Positions 1-11,622 of a DNA stretch of 64,000 bases are shown one piece after another. Made by a program: the position numbers and the translations under genes. Within the stretch, counting starts at the first letter, position 1; each line of letters begins with the position of its first letter. The notes beneath the pieces were generated by a model, which did not search any database, was not told where the DNA came from, and saw only the letters and a list, made by a program, of their open reading frames with translations. The DNA comes from Patellaria atrata CBS 101060 (lineage: Eukaryota): the NCBI GenBank assembly GCA_010093705.1, contig MU006093.1, positions 251,785 through 315,784 on the forward strand. Reading direction: 5' to 3'.

Positions 1-2013
1 GAAGAAATGGGCCGAATACATGTTTCACGAGGATCCTTTCTCACTCATAGTCATTATATGCATATTCTTACTGATATACAAAGAACTGGTTCCAATTTAC
101 CTCGCCAACAAAACCATGTCATCTCATATCGTAAAACACCAAAAAAAGTTTGGTCTGGGTAATTAGGTTCGCTGATGTGAACTGTACTTATACTGCTAAT
201 GCGCAGTTTCAACCCAAGTAAGTGTAATGATATTGAGTAAGGGCTCCTGTGATTTACAATGTTTATAGTGAAGTAGCATAAATCAAAAAATGGGACAAAT
301 CTCTCACTATCTTTCGCGGAGGTCCTTCTACGATTCCCGAAAATTATTCCTCTACAAACATATGCGCTTATTTCCCGACCACCTGACCCCAGATTTACTT
401 AGTGAGTAAAAATTCTTGTTTTTATAAACATGAATCTCAACCCAACTCCCCCATGATCCAACAACCACACGTCTCTAAAATCTTTCCACGACAACTCCAT
501 CATCCAACACCCACACTTCTCTACAATATGCACACAACCACCATGGAAACACCCTTCATTGAATATGAAAAGCTCTGACCTATCTTCTTTCCTTTCCGTG
601 ATGATATCGCTCAACATAGTGAAAAATAGTCCCGAACCCATAGCTTGAATGAGATACTAAGGTTTGATGTACATCCATGGTAAGAATTTAGGATTTCATG
701 AGCTCCTTCAAAAGTCGGGTTCATGGTACCGTTGTCCAACTTGCAGCCTAGAGGTCTCCAATGTCAATCCTCTCCGACGTCAATCTTATCCTCTTCTCCA
801 ATGAGACAAAAACAAGTGATAAGAACCAAAGCTCCCAAACCCGCAACACCCCAGCTCCACTTCACCCCAAACGCACATGATTCCAGTCCCATTATCCTTT
901 TAGCCATACGAGTATTCTAACCAACCGACCTAGCACCACGCTCTGACATATCTTCCGCATCTACCCTCGAAGTTAGGGGATATGAGAATGGGGGCTTTTA
1001 GCTCCGGCTGTACCTTTTGTGTCTTAGGTTAGGTAGGGAGACGGCCGGAAGAGAGAGTACTGCCGTACCAAGTGCGGCCTGATTGGGTGTTTGAATTTTA
1101 GATTATCCGTACGTAAGGAGTGAGTGCTGAGGAAGGGATTAAGATAGATAATGGTATTCGTCGAGAAAGGAAGAAATAGCCCATGAGATCAAGCATTGAT
1201 TCTGGCTAAAGAGATGTTTCGTGAAGTGATTATGGTATCGAAAAGGCAAAGCGAAAGTGAGTTCACAGAGTTCCACTATGCGAAGGAAAACTGTGACCGG
1301 ACCGGCGATCATTCCTTTTTTAAGGAATGTAGGTTAGTGTTATAGTGAGGTTGAGAAATAATAATCAATATAATTATTCTGGTATACCCCCAAACGTTAA
1401 AAAGCGAAAACCAACGTCTTTGCAGTTGAGTGGTGCTGGGTAGCCCGCCATAAAACACCAAATCCCACGCTGGTAATACTGAGGTAATGGACAAGTTTGT
1501 AAGAACAAACCTGCACAGCGTTCCTTCGTAAGCCTTCACCCAGTAGATACGCGGCAAAAGGAGCGCATGACTCTAAGAAGATTCTTACACCGATGAACCC
1601 TAATACAAAGACTGTGAGGTAGTTGAGATTGGTGCGTACACGAAATACCTAACATACTACCGTTCAACGGAACAAGGACACAAACTACGAAAATGCAAAA
1701 TACCTCTCCAGAACACATTCTCGTAAAAGTAAAAAAGCGCACATCTTGATGAACATTATAATACCAAGTATTCCCCAAAATAAAAGAGCACAAGAATGTA
1801 GCATCGATAATCATGTAATTGAGAGGTAGTAAACTCACCTGTAACGGTACTACTATAGATAGAATCCCCAACTTAAAAAACTTCATAACTCCTCTCCGCA
1901 ACACTTTAACATTCAGTTAAGACCAGTAAAAGAAAGGTCTTCTCTTAGGGGATATTCCTATATCTATAATACCATACACATTCCAGAAATAAAGGCACAA
2001 AGGAGAAGATAGC

Positions 2014-2040
2014 AAAAGAAAAAAAAAATACAAAAGAAAA
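2014..2040 (-). terminator. T-tract, putative Pol III terminator for the tRNA-like unit
   Basis: Minus strand TTTTCTTTTGTATTTTTTTTTTCTTTT, about 100 nt downstream of the tRNA-like element. Confidence 0.45.
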
Positions 2041-2140
2041 TCCCGAAAGATCCCAGAAACCTTGCTATCGTTATCTGTAGCGAATCAGTACGGTTCTTGG
2101 TGAGCAGGCTTCTTTCAAGCTCTGAATGCGAATATCCTTA

Positions 2141-2225
2141 AGCAGCCGCCGGGAATTGAACCCGTGACGCAGGAGGTTGTGTCATTCAGTAGCGAAATAC
2201 TAGTGCACCACTCGGCCAAGGCCGC
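2141..2225 (-). ncRNA. tRNA-like element (degenerate type-II tRNA, pseudo-tRNA or Pol III leader)
   Basis: Minus strand reads GCGGCCTTGGCCGAGTGGTGCACTAGTATTTCGCTACTGAATGACACAACCTCCTGCGTCACGGGTTCAATTCCCGGCGGCTGCT. It has consensus A box (TGGCCGAGTGG) and B box (GGTTCAATTCC), an acceptor-like stem GCGGCC/GGCTGC, T-arm CGGG-TTCAATT-CCCG and a long variable-arm hairpin. The D-stem closure and anticodon loop (6 nt) are non-canonical. Confidence 0.6.
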
Positions 2226-4290
2226 AATTCGAAAGAAAATCCGATACTTACACTAGATAAGGTGCAAATATGATTTCCGTTCCGGGAAGTGCGCTGAGCC
2301 ACATCCAGCGCCACAACCGCCTCTCTGGTAAATCAAATGTGACAAACGAGGCCTACTATTAAACCTTAGCTTATTATTCAATTATTATTCTGTTAGTTTG
2401 ATGTACAGTGCTGCTGTATGCGTCATCTACGCAGACATCGAGTTAGCGAGCACTCCCCGAGGTACTCTCACCTCATGTCAACTTCATGTTTAATAACTAA
2501 CAACATCCAACAAGCTTCCAATACTGCTGTACTTCGAAGTTCCTAAATAAGCGGCTGGCAGATGATCATGAAATGCATTTAGAGAAATCGCACAAGGAGA
2601 TCCGACGGCTGTATTCATACAGGTACTATGTGCTAGAATCCATAGGAGTGCATGACGAACCTCGACATCGCGATATTTGGTTTCTAAGTGGATTTTAGAT
2701 CGAATATATGTTGAACCAGTCCGGCTAATACGGTGCAAGAGACAGATTGCTGCAATTTGGATGCTGAGTCTTGTCCTTCCTAAGTTATAGGTCTCAGTCT
2801 AGCGATAACGACTTATAAATGACGGGATTAAGGCTGGACTGTAACACGAGAGTTCGAGATAGTTTCAAAAGTAGATGATGAAACTGAGAATGACTTTTAT
2901 GTCCCTAGAAGCAAGGTGATAGAGCAGATTCTTCTCAGATAATCAAAAACTCCGCGAGAGAAAGACGGCCATATATGATTCCAACTAGGAAAATTAAAGA
3001 GCTAGGACTGAACAAATGAAAAGGATGCAAAGAATAAAACATCGCCTGCTACGAAGAGTGAAGGATCAAGTAATATTCAGAGGGAAGAAGCGCAAGCCAT
3101 GGGTATCTAGATGGTGACACGGTGAAACGTAGACCATTTGCCACTAGAAAAGAGACTCGTATTTTCAAATTCCACGTTAGTCTCTGTTTGCAGAGACACG
3201 ATTGCGTTATATGCAGTGAGCCTTCCTGGGATCTTCCCCGACGACATGATATGTCCTCATTCAAAGGAATATGAAATTGTCTAGAGATTGATCGTAAAGG
3301 GATCTCGTGTACGAACCGCAGTGGCTCTTTCGTAGCACTGGAAAAGTAACGCTGGTAGGTGCTCTAGGTTGCTCTCAAAATGTGACTTTGGCAGTTCTGA
3401 TGCTCTTCGTTCTAATAACCTCAACTCGGCGGTATAATCGATGCGATCTCTAATCGCTGTAGAGGATATTGGAGACATGTGATGCTATTACGAACAAGAT
3501 TTCGATTCCAACATATGAGAGAATGGAACACAGCATATATTTCTCTGATGAAATGTGTTACTCGGTGGTGAGAGAATCAGATTCTGTATGGAGGGAGATA
3601 GGATGAGGTCGGAGCAAGCTTCAGTTAGAAGGATTGCGCTTCGCCTCTCTGACCAACCAGAACATGGATCCTACGCCCTTCTCGGCCTTCCTCTTTGAGT
3701 GAAACCATTCCACAATCGTGAACAACCATTTTACGATTCTGCTAGCCACCGGACGATCACCACAAAATCAACCGGACTCGGACGTTGTGGAGAAACGATG
3801 CGCAATACGACGGTGTGCTACACTGCGTCATCGTGTGTGTCTCCATGCATTATTCGTTAGATACTACCTTTATGAGGATCTCCTACATCGTACTCCAATC
3901 CCCAGTCCCCCACTTTCAGCTTTCGCCTCGGCCGTCGTCATCGTCGCACTCTCTCGCATTATTCCCGCCCTCATGAACATCAGAAAGATCACTGATCATC
4001 TCCCCACTATTGGGGATCTTTCGCTATGAACACCAATTACAAGCTGCATTAGCCGGCTGATAGTGCTGTTTACAGAGTGACACTACAACTGGCGTTATTT
4101 GTAGCGTAATGTAGGGGGCCTGCTACCCTATTAGGCCTGTGATACGGTGGAGCTTCCGATCCTCTTCAATTGCTATGTAAACCCTACAGCTTGCCGTTCT
4201 GTTATTCTTTTCCTCTCCTTTTTCCTTAACATTTTTTTTTCTTTTATATTATTCTATGAGGAGTTTGAATTCGGAGTAGGTTCACTAGCC

Positions 4291-5548
4291 ATGGCATCTC
4301 CTCCCTCCCCTACCATGGGCGAGGAATATGGTTCCAGTAGTATCTCTCCCTCTCGCAAATCGCTCGAAGCTCCTGAAGACCATCGCCGCCCCCAAATTGA
4401 CCATCATGGGCAACATCTGAAACAGAAAATTACAAGTGCGTCGTCGAATCTTAAGACTGCCCGCCAGAAACTTGGCCTTCACCCGAAAGCGCCGATTGTG
4501 GAACATGATGACCTTGCCGAACGTCAGTCTCTGCTTTGGAGCAAGGTTCGACTTGTTCTAAGGGAGCCATTCGCGGAGTTCTGGGGTGTATTTATCATGG
4601 TGATGTTTGGCAACGGAAGCGTCGCTCAAGTTTTGTTGAGTGCTGGTCAGGAAACTGCACCTGGGAAGATGGGCTTCGGTGCATACAGTCAGATATCTTG
4701 GGGGTGAGAATATCAGAATACCTTATGTTTGGACTATCTAACATAGGAGTATAGTTGGGCTCTAGGTGTAATGCTAGGTATCTACGTTGCGGGGGATTCA
4801 GGAGCATACTTGAACCCTGCCATAACCTTCTCGAGCTGTCTGTACAGAAAGGTCCCCTGGAGGCGTTTTCCGATGTACTTTGTTGCCCAGGTGCTGGGTG
4901 GATTTGTTGCATCTGGTGTTGTATACGCCAATTACATGTAAGATATTACCAGGTTCGTTCTCTCACACGTTTCTAACCCTAAGACACAGAAATGCAATCA
5001 ACCGAGTTGAAGGCGACGGGATCCGCACCGTCCCTCCCTCTTCCACCGCCACAGCTCCCATATTCTGCACCTATCCGCAAGATTTCATGACTCGCACCTC
5101 GATGTTCTTCTCCGAATTCATTGCGTCAACCCTTCTCATGTTCGTCATCTTCGCCCTCAAAGACAATACCAACAACGGGGTCGGAAAAGGCGACAAATGG
5201 TTTCCTTTGGCACTTTTCTTCCTCATCTACGGTCTCGGCGCTTGTTTCGGCTGGGAAACCGGTTACGCGATCAACCTGGCGCGTGACTTTGGCCCTAGGC
5301 TGATGAGCTATATCTTAGGATACGGGACTGAGGTGTGGAGTGCGGGGGGGTATTACTTTTGGGTCCCTATGGTCGCCCCATTTTTGGGTTGTGCGTTTGG
5401 CGGGTTCTTGTATGATGTTTTTGTTTATACCGGGGAGAGCCCGATTAATACGCCTTGGTTGGGAATGAAGCGGATTATCATGCCCAGGGAGGCGATCAAG
5501 GCGAGAAGAGAGCATCACAGGAGACATAAAGAGGAGGGTATGGTGTAA
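4291..5548 (+). CDS. Aquaglyceroporin (MIP family, Fps1-like); exons approx 4291-4703, 4755-4937, 4990-5548
   Basis: Motifs AEFWGVFIMVMFGNG, SGAYLNPAIT (NPA), GYAINLARDFGPR (NLA) and YFWVPMVAPFLG; GT-AG introns with CTAAC branch points restore one frame. Confidence 0.95.
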
Positions 5549-6238
5549 AGAAGTGGACGGAAATGTCTCAAGAGAAAGAATAGTTGACCATGGGTTCCAG
5601 CATCATCACTCCATTTCTCACATATCTTGTACGACCGCTAGGACGTTTTTCTTTTACGACGGTGGGATATACCTTGTATTATCAGGCTATGGAGTTCTTG
5701 GAAAATGAGATGCATTGGTTATTGTACGGCATCAAGAGCGTTACGAATATTCATGTGTTACTATACCTTCCCATGCCGTGGAACTCCTTGTCCAGTATAA
5801 CTGTACGCTTGCCCTAGACATATGTTCAGACTCCTCTATACACTAATAAGACTGTCCAACGGGCTATAAGTGGTACAACGTCTACACCAGAGTTATCGAG
5901 GTTGAGGAGAATACCTTACACTCCGTAGATCGCACTGAAAGTTTGCAGGAAAAAGGAACAAAAATACCTTCTGATTGTGGTTCATCGAGCATTTTACAAA
6001 GTACAAGTTGCAAATGAAATTTATTTTAACACCGAGGTGCAACTGTCGGGTAACTTTGAAGGTGCCCTTTAGGATAAGGGGACGGGATGAAAACTCCCAG
6101 CGCACAGACACGAAGATTGCCAAGCCTAATATCTAATCTGAGATGATCAACCCCTTTCCCTTTTGAGAACACGAAAATGCCAGTTTCACCCCAGGAAAAT
6201 CATCCACAGGCATTTGACAGCACCTCACACGACCAACC

Positions 6239-7055
6239 ATGGAGCCCTTATCTTCCTTTCTACAGTGTTTACTATTGCTTCTTCCCATCGTAGCAGCACT
6301 GAAATTCGACATCCAAGCACATCCGGGCCACGAATCAGCACGGTATGAACGATGCATTAGGAATTTCGTCGCGAAGGAGCAGTTGGTCGTAGTGACGGCG
6401 CATGTCAGCGGGTATAAGGGAGATGGGCAGACTCTCAATTTGCACGTAGGTATAATTAGTTTTCAAGCGTGGTTAGGGAGCTAATGGAGTCCGGAATAGA
6501 TCAGAGACGCGATGGGCAATGACTACCACAGACCGAAGGATGTTGCCGGAGGGGAGAACAGATATGCCTTTACGTCCCATGCGGATTCGGCGTTTGATGT
6601 TTGCTTTGAGAATATTTTGACTTCCAGTAAGTCGTCCGGTAACCCCAAGGTAGGTTAGGGGCTAATTGTTGTTTTCTTAATAGCCAGAGATGTGATGAAC
6701 CCTTACCGTAGCATTGAACTTGATGTTGATATCGGCGCGGATGCGAAAGATTGGTCCGCCATTCAAGCAGGAGAGAAACTGAAACCGATGGAAGTTGAAC
6801 TGAGACGTATGGAAGAGGTTGTCGGCGAGATTGTCTCGGAAATGGAATACCTACGGATGAGGGAACAGAAGCTAAGAGATACTAATGAGAGCACGAACGA
6901 ACGTGTTAAATGGTTTGCTTTTGGGACAATGGGTATGCTGATCGGTCTCGGAGCATGGCAGATTGTGTATTTGCGCGCATACTTCAGGTACGTCATGGTC
7001 GAAGTGGAGAGAGAACTGGTCGCTAACTGTAGACAGGTCAAAACATCTTATTTAA
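6239..7055 (+). CDS. ERV25: p24 family cargo receptor (Erv25/TMED10-like); exons approx 6239-6445, 6500-6626, 6684-6987, 7037-7055
   Basis: Signal peptide, GOLD domain ([15 protein letters not shown]), [17 protein letters not shown] helix and spliced C-terminus YLRAYFRSKHLI*. Confidence 0.93.
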
Positions 7056-7825
7056 AGACGAGTACGCGTCTGTCTTATCTTGTTGTGTCAATATGGGAGG
7101 ATATCATGGGCACGGGATGCGAAACAAATGGTTGTACGATGGCGTTTCTTCCATATGCGCAATTCGAATACTTTTTAAAAAAGCGGTCACATATCATGCT
7201 AGACTATTAATTCTTGTCGTTCTGATAATTATATCTATGCGATGCAAATATGGTACACATTGATTTCACATCATGGACAATCGTACAGCGCCGAACCCAA
7301 AGCCAAAAAATGGCGCGAGAGGCGACAAATTTACATTCGATATCACGGACAACCCTACAACTGACCCCGAAGTTCACAATGACAAGAGAAGCACCAGATT
7401 TACCGGAGAGTGATAGAGCTGTGTGATACTAAAGGACGGAAGTGATGGTGATGCTTCATAGTGGTACTATACTGCTCAATTTTCGGACGGGTTCATGTAC
7501 GCTCTAGAACTAGAATACAAGACCTTGAGTGGATTTCTTTGGGTGCGGAAACAAGTAGAAGAAATATGTACAGTAGATTCCTTATTTGGTTCATCCCACT
7601 CAAGCCATACAGTACAGTACCAGACCAATTATCGAAAGGTGACATAATGGTGTATCTATATATAAGTGAAAAATGAAACAGAATGTACATTAGGATTAGG
7701 TTGTACGAGCCTGGTTGAGAGGAGGTTGAAATAGAGTGGAGGCAACTTCCAATTCCATCACTCCTTGATACTCGGATCAGATCTATCCCAACATCAACAG
7801 TACATCCATTTATTCTATTCGCAGT

Positions 7826-8116
7826 ATGGAGGAGCCCAGAGATATCCTTTATTCCCATCTTTCGAATCTATTGAATACAAGAGAATATCCAAAAACCATC
7901 TGCCCATCCGAAGTTGCCCGTGCACTCTCACGTTCAGATTTGGATTTGCTTCATGCCGAAAGCTGGAGAGACACAATGCCCTCTATCCGTGAACTCGTCT
8001 GGGCTATGAGAGACGCCGGAGAGGTCGAGATTCTTCAAAAAGGCGAAGTCTTAGAGAATGACGTCGGTTTAGAGCAAATCAAGGGACCCATCAGAGCGAG
8101 GAAAACGCAGCCATGA
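7826..8116 (+). CDS. DUF3253-like small protein
   Basis: KTICPSEVARAL...WRDTMPSIR...GEVEILQKG...IKGPIR resembles the DUF3253 pattern as recalled; intronless 96 aa. Confidence 0.8.
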   Translation: MEEPRDILYSHLSNLLNTREYPKTICPSEVARALSRSDLDLLHAESWRDTMPSIRELVWAMRDAGEVEILQKGEVLENDVGLEQIKGPIRARKTQP

Positions 8117-8381
8117 TATTCCTCGAGCTCAAAGCCCAATTCAACCTCATCTCACTAATCTACGCCAAAGACGCATTTCGCAGTAGAATTGTAGAGGATA
8201 TGTAGACCCTACATTTAATCCACTAACAGAACACGCTTCCCCGCATCCCACGACCGTACCACGCAGATCCGTACGCCGCTACCAATGACGTGGAAGGCCT
8301 CTACGTAGCAGCGTCCGATAAACCACCGCCAGCTTTCCGTCTCCCCAATCCACCCCTCCAAACGCTCACGTACACTTCAGA

Positions 8382-9595
8382 ATGCCAGACATGCTTCAAG
8401 GCAAAACCGCGCTCGTAACCGGGTCCTCCTCCGGCCTCGGCCGCGCCATCGCCCTCGCATACGCAGCCCAAGGCGCCCAAGTCTGCTGCGTCGACCTCTT
8501 CCCGACCCTGCGCAACTCCGCAAACCCGACCACGGGGAAGGCGGACGACCTAGCCAACCGCATCGAGACGGAGACGCCGACGCACGAAGAGCTAAGAGCG
8601 CGGTACGGCGGGACGCACGTCTTCGTCAGGGCGGACGTGACGAGCGCAGGCGACTGGCAGGCCGCGGTAAGGAGCTGTATCGATGCGTTTGGCAGGTTGG
8701 ATGTGCTGGTTAACAACGCGGGGGTGAGCGTGGAGAGTCAGCATGAGCGGCCGCTGAGGTTGCATGAGACCGAGGAGAGGGATTGGGATGTCACTATGGG
8801 GGTTAATGCGAAGGGTGTGTTTTTAGGGTGTAAATATGCTATAGGCCAGATGTTGAAGCAGGAGCCGTTACCCGGTGCGGAGGGGGAGAGAGGGTGGATT
8901 GTTAATGTTGTTAGTATTCAGGGGTTGGTTGCTTATTGGGCGACTCGTAGGTTCATTTCTATTTAGGATGATATATCTTTCTTGTTACGTTTGGCCTTCT
9001 CAGGGTTGCAGTATACTACTTCATGGACAATTGTGTACGGCCGAATCTGTCCCTTCCTGAGTCTTTCCAGATCTTGTACACCTCAAGTCAGCAGGCTCCA
9101 AGTAGCCAGCGTACAGTACAGCTATCAAAAAGTTCAGTATTGAAGAGAGATACATGTACCCAGTTATCTCATTATTTCCTAGAACCTCTCTTTCAGAGTC
9201 TGAAATGATATTCCCAACATACAGTCACTAACCCATACAGCATCCTACTGCGCCTCCAAAGGCGCCGCCCTCCAACTCACCAAACAAATCGCAATCGACT
9301 ACGCAAAAGACCGGATCCACTGCAATTCCATCTGTCCTGGCTGTAAGCCCAATAATCTTCCCCCCCTCACCTTCCTCTAGCTCGAATATAACCTCATTCA
9401 GTCCTCAAAACATCGATGACGCAAAATATCCAAAATAACCCCGAATCCTTGGACCGCATCAATGCGGCGCATCCTCTGGGTGGTATGGGCGAGCCGGCGG
9501 ATGTAGCAAGGGTTGCTGTGTTTTTAGCTAGTGGGGATGCGAAGTGGGTTACTGGGGTTGCGGTGCCGGTAGATGGGGGATATGTTGCTTTGTAG
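8382..9595 (+). CDS. Short-chain dehydrogenase/reductase; exons approx 8382-8946, 9241-9342, 9401-9595
   Basis: TGSSSGLG Rossmann motif, NNAG, catalytic YCASK in exon 2, C-terminal VTGVAVPVDGGYVAL*. Confidence 0.93.
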
Positions 9596-9901
9596 GTAAG
9601 TAGTAAGAGAGGAGAACGGGGGATATATTGTTCAGATCTGAGCCATGAAGTGAACGAAGCAAAAGCTCCAGTCCTCCTATACGGCACTCAACATCTAGTA
9701 TGCTTCTAAGCGATATATTAAAATATAACAATCAATAATTTGCTGTCGTTAGCACATCCTACAGGCACGGTTCTTCGCAGAGATCCGGCCAGTTTTTCAT
9801 CTAACAGGTTCTCTTTCCGGAAATAGGATTGACTTGATTCTAAAACGAAGACGTCATCGGATAACTACGCTAACCACCATATATTATTGATTGCCGTCTT
9901 T

Positions 9902-11188
9902 TTACGAAGTCGTCTGGCCCACAAACATAACCAAAACAGCCGCATATGCCACTGTAGCTATCATCAATTCTTGATTACTGGACTTTAATAACAAGGGGAT
10001 AATGATTACGAAACCCAGCACAAAGCGACAGGTGATGATGAGACGCTTTCTCGTGTTGGTGATTAAGGTTAGCAGTATCATCGGAACCAAGAAGCCTGGC
10101 CAGGATATCGATTTTTCGGGAGATATTTAAGAAATTTTGCTAACCATTTGCTACTGTCCTACTGGGATCTTTCCCCAGCTTAGGATCCACTTTGCCTTCT
10201 TCTATGTCTTTACTTTCGTCTACAACCTTGGAAATATCCGCCCTCGGTGCAGAGAATTAGGTGTCGGGGGAGATCTCAGTAAACAACGAACCAGAAGGAG
10301 AAAATGGAGTCAAGGTATTCGAAGCGTGCCTAGAGGCACAAGAAGGCAAATTTTGAGGGGTCTGGCGGTTTGGAGCGTGCGTGACGAGAAACATTCTGAT
10401 AAAGCCTGGTTGCATCCTAAGTGCTTGTGGTGAGAGACCTAGCATCGTAAGTGCATCAGGAGCAGCTTCGTAATAGTCATTGTCGAGACGGTTCTCCTTT
10501 CTTCCATCAGGGGACGCTTCATTTGCATGATATCTTTGAATCGGATGATTGCTTCCTCTGATAAAAGTTATTGTCGTTCTTACATTTATTTGGGTTTCGA
10601 ACATACGGTATTCTCGAAGCAGAGTGCGCATCAGCCGGCACTGCTGTAAATAGGTCATACAGCCCTCTTCTTCATCCACTATTTTCCTCTCCAAGGTCGC
10701 CAGTTCGTGCTAATAGTGATACAGATCGAGCAGAGCTGGAGTCTCGAAACGTTTGAACTTGTACCAAATACCCTCGAGGGTAGGATCTTCTGACAGCATG
10801 ATAGCAGAGTCTTTGGTATTTCCCTGGAAGGCAAGCCGGCTTTGAGAGCATTATCTTAATTCCATTGGAGTAAGGGCTCTTGCGAGCCGAATTGGGGAGC
10901 AAAATGCGGTATGCCTTGTGGGAGTAGAGAAGGTGGTAAAAGTTATGTGGTTCCAAATGGATTCCCCATTGAAGCTTTGTGAAACGGTGGAGATTTTGAC
11001 TGCACATCTTGTGGAGATGGCTGTGGACCAGAAATATGCGGTATAGTTTGGGAAGGCGGTGCTTGAGGCGGTGGAGGTTTGGACACCTGAGGTTTAGACT
11101 CCGGATAAGCATAGTCATAATAATCAATATCCTCTTTCGTAGTCCTGTCCACTACCAAAGTAGAGATCCTGTTGCGCGGCAATGTCAA
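9902..11188 (-). pseudogene. Decayed DUF6594-like membrane protein gene
   Basis: Fragments FKRFETPALLDLYHY*HELATLERKI...LLREY and C-terminal ELMIATVAYAAVLVMFVG fit DUF6594-type proteins. In-frame stops at 10710-10712 (TAG) and 10943-10945 (TAA), plus frameshifts. Confidence 0.65.
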
Positions 11189-11622
11189 GCTTCGAAGTGT
11201 ATTATGGTTCTACAAAGCTAAGATCTTTACCTCAACGTTATCCGACTGCTTCTCCAGATCTAAATTGGTTAGATTCATAAATCGGTTATAAAAGGTTTGT
11301 TAGTTAAGGCAATCGACCTAATATTTGGGCACTAAAGAGTCACTGTCCTGAATGAACTACCACTATTAAATAGACTAATGTTGAGCACAAGGCTGAGATT
11401 GTGCATAAAGCTGGAACAGCAAGGCTGAGGCTGAGTAGCTCGGTCGGAATGCACCGTCCACTGTGCAGACCATGACTGGTCTAGTGATACTTATCGATGC
11501 AAGATATTCTGTAATAATATTGAGTACTTCACGTAATTAAAGGTATGTAGCCCTGCTCTTCCTTCGACAAATCAGCTTATCGAAATGCCAAGACAGCTAG
11601 ATATGTGAGATAACAACGTTAC

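Noticed and set aside
1..2000. AT-rich region with short ORFs; possible transposon relic
   Set aside because: No transposase, RT or integrase motifs, terminal repeats or TSDs could be identified.
2141..2225. Selenocysteine tRNA (4-bp T-stem, TTCAATT loop, long variable arm)
   Set aside because: No UCA anticodon, no 9-bp acceptor or 6-bp D-stem, and Sec machinery is not known in Ascomycota.
2490..3478. Chain of short minus-strand ORFs suggesting a decayed gene
   Set aside because: No recognisable motif or consistent frame or splice path.
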